A stretch of DNA of 9,839 bases, taken from a virus. Lineage: Duplodnaviria; Heunggongvirae; Uroviricota; Caudoviricetes. Below, piece by piece: positions 1-6,629 of the stretch. The stretch is from IMG/VR virus record IMGVR_UViG_3300029707_000042, positions 1 to 9,839 of that record; one strand, written 5' to 3'. The position numbers and the translations under genes are program-made. Under the pieces are notes generated by a model. That model ran no database searches. It was not told where the DNA came from and saw only the letters and a program-made list of their open reading frames with translations. Each line of letters starts with the position of its first letter. Within the stretch, counting starts at the first letter, position 1.

Positions 1-48
1 TTCGTTGACTTCAACAACGCGCACCCCGTGGTGGTAATCCTGAGCCAT
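1..48 (-). CDS. Phage tail sheath protein (P2 gpFI-like), first 16 codons only; the gene continues beyond the window start
   Basis: Reverse complement of 1..48 reads ATG GCT CAG GAT TAC CAC CAC GGG GTG CGC GTT GTT GAA GTC AAC GAA = MAQDYHHGVRVVEVNE. This matches the N-terminus of P2-type sheath proteins as I recall it (MSDYHHGVQVLEINE...). AGGAGG Shine-Dalgarno on the minus strand at 58..63, 9 nt upstream of the ATG. Only 16 residues are visible, so the call depends on recalled similarity. Confidence 0.5.
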   Translation of the reverse strand, partial: MAQDYHHGVRVVEVNE

Positions 49-123
49 AGTGGCGAACCTCCTGATTGGATTAGGCTTCGCCCTATGTTGAAGTGATTGT
101 GCCTGACAAACAGCTAAACGCAG

Positions 124-143
124 TTGTGTCGTTATTCACACAA
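124..143 (-). promoter_or_regulatory. Putative P2-type late-promoter activator site (TGT-N12-ACA dyad) upstream of the sheath gene
   Basis: Sequence ttgtgtcgttattcacacaa at 124..143 has perfect inverted 6-bp arms TTGTGT/ACACAA and contains TGT (125..127), a 12-nt spacer, and ACA (140..142). The dyad centre is about 85 nt upstream of the sheath ATG at 48, compatible with the roughly -55 position of Ogr/Delta-type activator sites in P2/P4 late promoters. No strong -10 hexamer is evident. Confidence 0.3.
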
Positions 144-190
144 AATAACGGTATTTGTCTGCTTGCAGGGATAATCAACATAATGCTGAT

Positions 191-757
191 TCAGGGGGAT
201 TCATTGATCTTATTTGCCGGAAATTTTCTATAAATGGTAGAAACGCCTACATCAAAAATCAGTGCAATACGCTGTCTTGATTCTCCGGCCTCGAGTAAAC
301 GCCCAATCTGTGCCCACTGTTCGGTGGTCAACTTAGGACGGCGTCCACCTACTCTGCCTTTGGCACGAGCTGCAGCCAGCCCTGCCCTGGTACGTTCAAC
401 TATCAGTTCGCGTTCCATTTCAGCCAGGGCACCCATGACATGAAAAAAGAAACGGCCCATTGGGGTACTGGTATCAATACTGTCAGTCAGGCTTCTGAAA
501 TTCACACCACGCTGGCGCAACTCTTCTATCAGCGTAACAAGATGCCGCATACTGCGCCCCAACCTGTCCAGCTTCCAGACAACCAGCGTGTCTCCTGCCG
601 ATAGTGTCCTGAGTAGTTTTTTCAGCCCCGGTCTGTCGGACTTAGTGCCACTGATTTTGTCCTCAAAAATCCGCTCACATCCCGCGCAGTTCAGTGCATT
701 ACGTTGCAAATCGGTGTTCTGGTCATTTGTTGACACGCGTACATAGCCAATAAGCAT
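191..757 (-). CDS. pin: Serine DNA invertase (site-specific recombinase, Pin/Gin/Hin/Cin family)
   Basis: Translation MLIGYVRVSTNDQNTDLQRNAL...LVVWKLDRLGRS...GRFFFHVMGALAEMERELIVERT... has the resolvase/invertase catalytic N-domain with the active-site serine in the RVST motif and a C-terminal helix-turn-helix (GVSTIYRKF). It is near-identical in pattern to Gin/Pin as I recall them. The ORF track starts at 763 (MIMLIGY), but the second ATG at 757 has an AGGGGG Shine-Dalgarno at better spacing. Stop codon TGA at 191..193. It lies immediately beside an invertible tail-fibre segment. Confidence 0.95.
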   Translation of the reverse strand: MLIGYVRVSTNDQNTDLQRNALNCAGCERIFEDKISGTKSDRPGLKKLLRTLSAGDTLVVWKLDRLGRSMRHLVTLIEELRQRGVNFRSLTDSIDTSTPMGRFFFHVMGALAEMERELIVERTRAGLAAARAKGRVGGRRPKLTTEQWAQIGRLLEAGESRQRIALIFDVGVSTIYRKFPANKINESP

Positions 758-812
758 GATCATCCCCCTGAATAAAAACCGGAGATGATGCCAGTTAGCT
801 GTTACCTCTGCA

Positions 813-838
813 TTTTCTTAAACGTTGGTTTGGGAGAA
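813..838. repeat. Crossover site A of the invertible segment (pix/gix-like 26-bp imperfect palindrome)
   Basis: TTTTCTTAAACG TT GGTTTGGGAGAA fits the 12-2-12 layout of hix/gix/cix sites with the AAAC..GGTTT core. Its inner half plus core (TTGGTTTGGGAGAA, 825..838) is exactly the reverse complement of 2660..2673 in site B. Confidence 0.8.
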
Positions 839-1321
839 GGCTCAGCGTTACCCGTTGGTGTGCCTGTTCCGTGGCCTTCAGCCACACCACCAACAGGCTG
901 GCTGAAATGCAACGGTGCACCTTTTTCTGCCGAAGAGTACCCAAAACTGGCAAAGGCTTACCCAAAGTTAAAATTACCGGATTTGCGCGGTGAGTTTATT
1001 CGCGGGTGGGATGATGGGCGAGGTGTTGATTCCGCGAGACTGCTACTTTCAAGTCAGGCAGCATCTATCCTTGAACATAACCATGAAATGCAGGGATGGA
1101 CCGGCAACCCACTCATGGCTAGAGATGTTTATTCATCCATGTCATCCGTATTTGCGGTGCAGTTGAGCATTGGCGATGGCGGGTTATTGTATTCGTGGAA
1201 GGATGGGAGTGGAACAACAAATGACAGTAAACGAATGAATAGAACAAATCATGTCAGTTCCGGCGCCGGTGATGGTAGCCCGCGAAACATTGCATTTAAC
1301 TACATTGTGAGGGCTGCATAA
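827..1321 (+). CDS. Silent alternative tail-fibre C-terminal (receptor-binding) cassette; has no independent start and would be fused to the constant fibre N-terminus after inversion
   Basis: In-frame continuation from the crossover site (GLGE codons are shared with the expressed fibre gene). The product contains the conserved fibre motif ...CNGAPFSAEEYPKLAKAYP...LPDLRGEFIRGWDDGRGVDSAR typical of Mu S / P1 S / P2 H / lambda Stf C-terminal regions. Stop TAA at 1319..1321 is directly followed by a tail-fibre-assembly gene. The ORF-track start at 785 is judged an artefact. Confidence 0.75.
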   Translation, partial: GLGEGSALPVGVPVPWPSATPPTGWLKCNGAPFSAEEYPKLAKAYPKLKLPDLRGEFIRGWDDGRGVDSARLLLSSQAASILEHNHEMQGWTGNPLMARDVYSSMSSVFAVQLSIGDGGLLYSWKDGSGTTNDSKRMNRTNHVSSGAGDGSPRNIAFNYIVRAA

Positions 1322-1924
1322 ATGGAACAGGCTATTTTGGGAAAAGACGGTTACGCTTTAAATGATGGGGAAATCATCGTACATAACTATGATGGCGAAA
1401 CGCGGGAATATATTTCTACATCAACTGAATATCTCGCTGTCGGCGTCGGTATCCCGGCATGTTCTTGTTTAGATGCACCAGTTACACATAAAGCTGGTTA
1501 TGCAATCTGTCGCTCTGTAGATTTAAATTCATGGGAATATGTGCCAGACCATCGCGGTGAAGTTGTCTATAGTACCGAAACGGGAGATACCAAAGAAATC
1601 ACAGTTCCGGGTGATTACCCTGAAAATACAACCACTATCGCCCCGTTAACGCCATACGATAAATGGGATGGTGAGAAATGGGTGACGGATACCGAGGCAC
1701 AGCATAGCGCCGCAGTAGAAGCGGCAGAAGCACAGCGCCAGTCGCTGATTGATGCTGCAATGGCTTCCATCAGTCTGATTCAACTGAAATTACAGGCTGG
1801 GCGGAAGCTGACGCAGCCAGAAAACACCCGACTTAACGCTGTGCTGGATTACATTGACGCGGTGACGGCAACAGATACCAGCACAGCGCCGGACGTCATC
1901 TGGCCTGAACTGCCGGAGGCGTAG
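1322..1924 (+). CDS. Tail-fibre assembly protein (chaperone) partnered with the silent fibre cassette
   Basis: 200-aa ORF starting one nucleotide after the cassette stop. C-terminus ...LDYIDAVTATDTSTAPDVIWPELPEA matches the Tfa-family C-terminal pattern and resembles the C-terminus of the convergent gene 1896..2336. Position is equivalent to Mu U' or e14 TfaE. Confidence 0.85.
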   Translation: MEQAILGKDGYALNDGEIIVHNYDGETREYISTSTEYLAVGVGIPACSCLDAPVTHKAGYAICRSVDLNSWEYVPDHRGEVVYSTETGDTKEITVPGDYPENTTTIAPLTPYDKWDGEKWVTDTEAQHSAAVEAAEAQRQSLIDAAMASISLIQLKLQAGRKLTQPENTRLNAVLDYIDAVTATDTSTAPDVIWPELPEA

Positions 1925-2336
1925 GCCATTCAATATCTGGCGCACCGGAAGTATCGACCAGTTCCAGTGCGTCCAGATAATCCAGCCACAAATTATATTG
2001 CACCAGTTCCTCACCTTTCAGACGACCAATTGATGCTTTACCTGGCCATTGTTTACTGTTGATGTATTCGTTGGCCTGGTTAATCAATTGCTGCTTTTTA
2101 GTTTCGGCTGATGCAATTTGTTCTTCACGTGTTGGTGGAGGAACATCTGCCCAAGCTGGCATTCCGTCGCCTGCGGTAATTCTGCGCTTACCTTCGGGCG
2201 GCGTGTCATGGAAATATTCCCTGAAAATAGCTTCGTCTATGTCTACGCCTTTTCCTTCTGGCCATTGCCCTTTTGCAGCGTAAACAGACTGTAGGGCGTA
2301 AGGGTACGCCAGATTATCAATATATAAATATTTCAT
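1896..2336 (-). CDS. Tail-fibre assembly protein (chaperone) for the currently expressed tail fibre
   Basis: 146-aa ORF. ATG at 2336 lies 2 nt after the fibre stop (TAA 2339..2341). C-terminus ...LDYLDALELVDTSGAPDIEWPTPPAVQAR is Tfa-like. The 3' end overlaps the convergent tfa gene by 29 bp. Confidence 0.85.
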   Translation of the reverse strand: MKYLYIDNLAYPYALQSVYAAKGQWPEGKGVDIDEAIFREYFHDTPPEGKRRITAGDGMPAWADVPPPTREEQIASAETKKQQLINQANEYINSKQWPGKASIGRLKGEELVQYNLWLDYLDALELVDTSGAPDIEWPTPPAVQAR

Positions 2337-2338
2337 AA

Positions 2339-2962
2339 TTAACGCCCTTTCGCAAAGAAAGCTCCACCTTCAAATCCATAGTTACAATGCGCAACAAATC
2401 CTGTTCGCGTCCAGTTAGTTGCGCCCCACATATTCCCACCACCAAAACCGCCGTCATATACAATCACTACGTATGGCTCCTGCGTAAAAGGAATGGGGAA
2501 AGTCACATTTGTAGATACCGCCGCGGCGTTAGTCGGGAAATTAATTCTTCCCCACTGTTCAATTGAACCATCAGGCAATTTTTGCCAGCCAGATCCTGAT
2601 GAATAAGCTGACATGTCTGGTATCTGATTCGCCCCAGTCCCCACATTCCTTTTCGCCGCTTCTCCCAAACCAAGGTTTTCGAGAGCCGTTTTCACCGTGC
2701 CATCCGATTTGATATCGCCAAACGGATTCTTGCGGCTTAACAGCAGCGCACGAAGTGCGGTAAGCAGCTGGTCATGCCGCCCTTTCTCCAGGCTGGCACC
2801 GGAGGCCTCCACCACGCTACAAAGTTCTTCCTGCAACATGTCAAAGTAGTCATCATCCAGATCGGTGGCAGGTGTGCCGGTCTGGGGGTTACCACGGGTA
2901 AAACCGTTCTTACCCGCGCCGAACTTATCCTTCTGCGCGGTTTTCGTGTCTATACGATGCAT
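2339..2962 (-). CDS. Short tail-fibre protein in its current orientation (constant N-terminal part 2673..2962 plus variable C-terminal part 2339..2672 inside the invertible segment)
   Basis: 207-aa ORF. ATG at 2962 with GGAG Shine-Dalgarno 6 nt upstream, starting 3 nt after the stop of the upstream gp48-like gene. The N-terminus (..[28 protein letters not shown]..) resembles the fibre N-terminal constant region of Mu S-type fibres. Crossover site B lies inside the coding sequence at the ENLGLGE codons. Confidence 0.85.
   Translation of the reverse strand: MHRIDTKTAQKDKFGAGKNGFTRGNPQTGTPATDLDDDYFDMLQEELCSVVEASGASLEKGRHDQLLTALRALLLSRKNPFGDIKSDGTVKTALENLGLGEAAKRNVGTGANQIPDMSAYSSGSGWQKLPDGSIEQWGRINFPTNAAAVSTNVTFPIPFTQEPYVVIVYDGGFGGGNMWGATNWTRTGFVAHCNYGFEGGAFFAKGR
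2660..2685. repeat. Crossover site B of the invertible segment (pix/gix-like), located inside the tail-fibre coding sequence
   Basis: TTCTCCCAAACC AA GGTTTTCGAGAG has the 12-2-12 layout. 2660..2673 is the exact reverse complement of 825..838. The outer halves differ from site A (7 of 12 positions match). Confidence 0.8.
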
Positions 2963-2965
2963 GGA

Positions 2966-3550
2966 TTACTCCGGATATTTAAAAATTACGTAGGTATGCG
3001 AAGGGCAGAGTTTGTTAAGCACGCACTCGACAACGGTGTCGCCCCAGATACGCAGTGCGGAATCACAGGGATCGCCACATGTCATCCAGGTGGTGTTGGT
3101 GGCGGCTGGCATGTTGACCTGCCAGTAATACCGCCATTCCGGCGCATTCACTGCGTCAGTACAGGCCGATGAGCAGGTGAACGTGCTTTTATCGTATCGC
3201 GTGATAGTGGCGTCTGGTCTGCCCAGGGCAGCAAGCTGTGCAAGATAAAAATCCTCATTGATGCCGCCCGCCAGATTAACCTTCGCATCCAGCCGTTGCT
3301 GACGCTGGCGAAGGGTCTGTGTCCCTGCGGGAATACATTCATCCGGCAGACCGCACAGACGCTCCCAGCGGTTTATCAGTTCAGTGGTGGTGCGCGGATC
3401 CAGCTCCCGCATCAGGGCATCCGCACGCTGATGAACGCGGGTTAATGACGGTGCCGCACCGGCAATCGCCGGATCGCTGACTGACCACGCCGGACCGGGC
3501 GGCAACAGTGCCGACAACAGACGGATATAATCATCGTTTGTCACGTCCAT
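2966..3550 (-). CDS. Tail/baseplate protein, Mu gp48 / P2 gpI-like (DUF2313, YmfQ-like)
   Basis: 194-aa ORF. Start overlaps the stop of the J-like gene. It sits immediately upstream of the tail-fibre gene, as in Mu (gp48-S) and P2 (I-H). Call is from position, size and general sequence character, not a verified alignment. Confidence 0.75.
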   Translation of the reverse strand: MDVTNDDYIRLLSALLPPGPAWSVSDPAIAGAAPSLTRVHQRADALMRELDPRTTTELINRWERLCGLPDECIPAGTQTLRQRQQRLDAKVNLAGGINEDFYLAQLAALGRPDATITRYDKSTFTCSSACTDAVNAPEWRYYWQVNMPAATNTTWMTCGDPCDSALRIWGDTVVECVLNKLCPSHTYVIFKYPE

Positions 3551-4590
3551 GAAATCGTCCCCAGAACCGCCAGCTCATTTTTTGCAATGGAGATATTGTC
3601 CGCCGGGGCAAGCAACTGATGGCTGTATTCCCCGTTCGCACCGGAAATCGCTTCACTGATACGTGACACCTTCAGTTCTCCCTGCGGATAACCATCACGC
3701 AGCAGGAACGAACGCAACTCGGCGGTGATGGCAGCCCGTATTTCCGGTGTGTCCGGCGTCACGCGGATATGAAAATCCACTTTATGCGCCACCGGCCTGA
3801 ATACATACAAATCAGAGCCTGCCACCGGGGCCAGTGGCTCGATATGTTGTCTTGCCGCCGTTTCCGTTGACTCTTCCGGAATGGGATTAATCAGGTCACT
3901 GCTGGCAATCATCACACCGACAGTCCCCGTTCCCATCCAGTGTCGGTATGTCCATGCGCGGGTAATGCCGGGCACTTCTTTAGCCCAGACGACATAGTCC
4001 CCGTCAGCCCCGCCCTGAGGCGTCCAGTAATACCGCTCAATGACGCGGGCGCGCCACGTTTCCAGCTCTTCAGTATCAAATCCGCCTGTCAGGGTGTCAG
4101 CCACACCGGAAGACGGCAGACCATTCACCGGCGTGACCAGGATTAATGCCGTACCGTCGTCAGCGTTACCGACCGCGCCTGTAGTTGAGCAAGTGATCGG
4201 CACACGCAGGACACCACCAGTGCTGGTTGCATCGGCAGTTGCCGTGTACTGAACCAGGTCATCGCGCTGAATAACACTCCCGGCGGTCACCTTCAGGCCA
4301 TCGCTGACACCTTCCCAGCGCATATACCCGCTGGCAGCCGTGGCCCCCTTGCGCGGACACCGTTTCATCGCAGCATGTCGCGCCAGCCAGGACTCATCGC
4401 ACAGATCAGGCAGCATGTTCATTGCCAGATAATCGATGTAACCGTAAACCGTATGCAGCGCCGCCGCATACACCTTTGCCCGCACGTCTTCATCCATGCG
4501 CCGGAGCGTGTCGCTGACGTCCAGCCTGGCGAATAAATCGTTACGGAGCATACTGATATTTTCTGCCAGCGTCNNNNNNNNNNNNGCCAT
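3541..4590 (-). CDS. Baseplate J-like protein (Mu gp47 / P2 gpJ family); 5' end uncertain because of the N run
   Basis: About 340-350-aa ORF with the conserved position between the gp46-like and gp48/I-like genes. The true start is either ATG 4590 (upstream of the N run) or the internal ATG near 4551 (ISMLRND), which would give a short overlap with the preceding gene like the other junctions in this operon. Confidence 0.8.
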   Translation of the reverse strand: MXXXXXTLAENISMLRNDLFARLDVSDTLRRMDEDVRAKVYAAALHTVYGYIDYLAMNMLPDLCDESWLARHAAMKRCPRKGATAASGYMRWEGVSDGLKVTAGSVIQRDDLVQYTATADATSTGGVLRVPITCSTTGAVGNADDGTALILVTPVNGLPSSGVADTLTGGFDTEELETWRARVIERYYWTPQGGADGDYVVWAKEVPGITRAWTYRHWMGTGTVGVMIASSDLINPIPEESTETAARQHIEPLAPVAGSDLYVFRPVAHKVDFHIRVTPDTPEIRAAITAELRSFLLRDGYPQGELKVSRISEAISGANGEYSHQLLAPADNISIAKNELAVLGTISWT

Positions 4591-5005
4591 GCGTTATCGC
4601 ACTCCACAGATCATCAAAAGAAATCATTACCGGTCCGTCACGACGCCAGAGAGTGATACTGTTACCCAGTTCATTAATCCCGGTGCGGCGGATATCCAGA
4701 TCAATACGGGACACCACGCCATCATCAATCATCCATTGCAGGCATTCGCGGATATACCCCCTTACCGTCTGCACCAGCTGATTGGTCAGTTTGCTGCGCT
4801 GAAGCAGCCACAGTCGGGAGCCGTAACGGTCATTCTGTACCGCAGGCCAGGTATCCCCCCACCATCCCATCGGGACGTCGGCGTTGTCATCAGGCTCCGC
4901 CCGCCGCCAGGTAAACAGGGAAATCACCACGGCGCGGGTCAGCGGATCCAGCGGTGCGCTGGCGCAGGTGCGTTTACCGTTCACCGTCAGCCACAGTTCC
5001 ATCAT
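4541..5005 (-). CDS. Baseplate protein, Mu gp46-like (phage GP46 family); 3' end interrupted by the 12-nt N run
   Basis: ORF starts with ATG at 5005, overlapping the stop of the V-like gene, and is about 150 aa. Small protein between the spike (gp45/V) and J-like genes, as in Mu. The C-terminal about 14 codons are uncertain because of the Ns at 4574..4585. Confidence 0.65.
   Translation of the reverse strand: MMELWLTVNGKRTCASAPLDPLTRAVVISLFTWRRAEPDDNADVPMGWWGDTWPAVQNDRYGSRLWLLQRSKLTNQLVQTVRGYIRECLQWMIDDGVVSRIDLDIRRTGINELGNSITLWRRDGPVMISFDDLWSAITHGXXXXDAGRKYQYAP
4574..4585. other. Run of 12 ambiguous bases (N): assembly gap or masked sequence
   Basis: Seen directly in the sequence (gtcnnnnnnnnnnnngccat). 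It falls at the junction of the gp46-like and J-like genes. Confidence 0.99.
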
Positions 5006-5550
5006 GCCTCCATCGCTTTATCAGGTTTGTCGGTGTTACTGCCCTGACCGTTCTCTCTGTGACGATGCCCGTTATAGGCAAGCCGCATCGCTGACATGGT
5101 GGTGCCGCTGGAGTCGCACAGGTCTTTCACCTGTCCTGTCACTTCCAGGTCCATTTCAAAACGTGCTTTAGGTGAATTGCGAAACGTGATCGTTTTACCT
5201 GCACCGTCCACCACGATCCCCTCCCGGGTCAGCGTCACGGACTGCCCCTGATCGTCATAGACAGCCACCTCACCCGTCTGCAGCCCTTTCAGGCGGTAAC
5301 GCCGATCCGACACCGTAACAACCACCGCATGAGAACGGTCGCCATCCGGAAACAACACCACCGCTTCCGCACCGCTGTTTGCCCTTGCGGTAAAACCGTA
5401 AGGTTCAAGATGTTCAACCCCGGCTTTGGGTTCACCGGCAATCAGGGACACATCCACGGTCTGACATTTCGTTGCGGCACTGATGCTTTTCACCACGGCC
5501 CGCCCAATCAGCCCGAGGAGTTGTCGCTGTATGGTTTCAATCGCCCTCAT
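5002..5550 (-). CDS. Baseplate assembly / spike protein, Mu gp45 / P2 gpV-like
   Basis: 182-aa ORF. The start ATG shares one nucleotide with the upstream stop (TGATG). The C-terminal region contains an H-x-H motif (YNGHRHRENGQG), like the metal-binding apex of gpV/gp45-type spikes. Position between the gpD-like and gp46-like genes. Confidence 0.8.
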   Translation of the reverse strand: MRAIETIQRQLLGLIGRAVVKSISAATKCQTVDVSLIAGEPKAGVEHLEPYGFTARANSGAEAVVLFPDGDRSHAVVVTVSDRRYRLKGLQTGEVAVYDDQGQSVTLTREGIVVDGAGKTITFRNSPKARFEMDLEVTGQVKDLCDSSGTTMSAMRLAYNGHRHRENGQGSNTDKPDKAMEA

Positions 5551-6629
5551 CAGAACGGGTCCTCCTGTACTCTGGCTTTTTTCTTTTTCCGCGCGCCGGG
5601 ATCTTCGGGTTCAGGCAGATAAGCATCAGGCGGGCCGACACGGATTTCCGTCAGGGTGCCGTTCTGGTCCTGAGTAAACGTGACTTCCGAAACAAGCAGT
5701 TCGGTATTGTCGAAACCACAGACCGGATCAAAGACAATCACCCGCTGGTTGGGCTGCCACAGCGTACCGTTACCCTGTCGCCAGCCCTGCACCACATAGG
5801 TGGTTTCATCCGTCCGCGCCGCCCGTTGTCGGGCTTCAAAGTCAGCACGCGCAATACAGCCTGCCCCCGTGGCCTGCCCTGTCTGCCTGATATACATCGG
5901 ACGGTAACGGGCAATAAATGCGTCCTCTGTGCGGGCCCGCAGCGCGGTGGTGGTGGCCTCACCGAAATCATCGTCGTTTCCGGCACGCTGCCCCGCCACC
6001 TGGTAAACTGAAAACCGCTCCCGGATACTCTTCTCCGTATCACAGGAAAGGATGTTTTCCCCAAGTACCAGCGCGGTATGTGCCCGCGTTGAGCCAATAC
6101 CGCCAATCACCAGCCTGCCGTGCGGGTCGTCGTAAGCCAGTGCCTGCTGCTGACCGAGTATTTTGTTGATTACCTCAATCACCGTTTCACCGTGATCAGG
6201 CTGGACGTCAGGAATAACACCCGACGGCGCACCGTTGTTCACCACCTCAATGCCGAAGGGCGCAGCAAGCGCCTGCGCAATCTGTACCAGCGATCGTCCG
6301 TTAAACTGTGTCGGTTCGGCTGCACAGTCAATCAGATCAGCGGTTAGACTGCGTCCGGCAATACCGGTGCTGACCGAACGGGCATCGTAACGAACGGGCG
6401 TCGCCTCCACCCAGCCGGTGATCACCAGCTCATCACCAATCAGCACTTCCACTTTTGAACCGTTTTTAATGCGCGGCTGAAGCGTGGTGATACCCTCATC
6501 TCCCGGCCACTGGCGGGTGATCTCCACACTGAAATCCCGCGCCAGTCGTTCAACACCGGCACCGATGCGCACCGATGTCCAGCCATTCCACTCCCGGCCA
6601 TTTACCCGTAGCGTGACGTTATCGTTCAT
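5550..6629 (-). CDS. Tail/baseplate hub protein, Mu gp44 (P) / P2 gpD-like
   Basis: 359-aa ORF. ATG at 6629 overlaps the stop of the gp43-like gene. Size and position match Mu P / P2 D-type proteins. Basic C-terminal tail (ARKKKKARVQEDPF). Confidence 0.75.
   Translation of the reverse strand: MNDNVTLRVNGREWNGWTSVRIGAGVERLARDFSVEITRQWPGDEGITTLQPRIKNGSKVEVLIGDELVITGWVEATPVRYDARSVSTGIAGRSLTADLIDCAAEPTQFNGRSLVQIAQALAAPFGIEVVNNGAPSGVIPDVQPDHGETVIEVINKILGQQQALAYDDPHGRLVIGGIGSTRAHTALVLGENILSCDTEKSIRERFSVYQVAGQRAGNDDDFGEATTTALRARTEDAFIARYRPMYIRQTGQATGAGCIARADFEARQRAARTDETTYVVQGWRQGNGTLWQPNQRVIVFDPVCGFDNTELLVSEVTFTQDQNGTLTEIRVGPPDAYLPEPEDPGARKKKKARVQEDPF

Larger units (their letters stand above)
825..2673. 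other. Invertible DNA segment (about 1.85 kb) carrying two alternative tail-fibre C-termini and two tail-fibre-assembly genes; host-range switch of the Mu G / P1 C / e14 P type
   Basis: Bounded by inverted crossover sites at 813..838 and 2660..2685. Gene content is the canonical Sv-U / U'-Sv' arrangement, convergent and symmetric, with the invertase gene adjacent outside the segment. Confidence 0.75.

Noticed and set aside
234-443. 69-aa + strand ORF inside pin
   Set aside because: Antisense shadow ORF within a well-supported invertase gene. No RBS and a low-complexity product.
785-826. ATG start at 785 (MMPVSCYLCIFLN...) for the + strand fibre-cassette ORF
   Set aside because: The first 14 codons are read from the pin upstream region and crossover site A. 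The GGAG at 781..784 abuts the ATG with no spacer, and the encoded peptide is hydrophobic nonsense. In Mu/P1/e14-type systems this cassette has no start of its own and is expressed only as a fusion after inversion.
1790-2014. 74-aa minus-strand ORF across the tfa overlap region
   Set aside because: Out of frame with, and embedded in, the two convergent tfa genes. Cys/Trp/Arg-rich product suggests a shadow ORF.
826-2660. Additional internal crossover sites (multi-inversion shufflon like Min of p15B) inside the invertible segment
   Set aside because: A by-eye scan for the AAAC-N4-GTTT core found only the two boundary sites. I may have missed degenerate sites, but nothing suggests more than two.
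2059-3172. + strand ORFs 2059..2283 and 2774..3172 and the minus-strand ORF 3148..3342
   Set aside because: All lie in alternative frames or antisense to the tail-fibre, tfa and gp48-like genes, with low-complexity G/R/P-rich products typical of shadow ORFs in GC-rich coding DNA.
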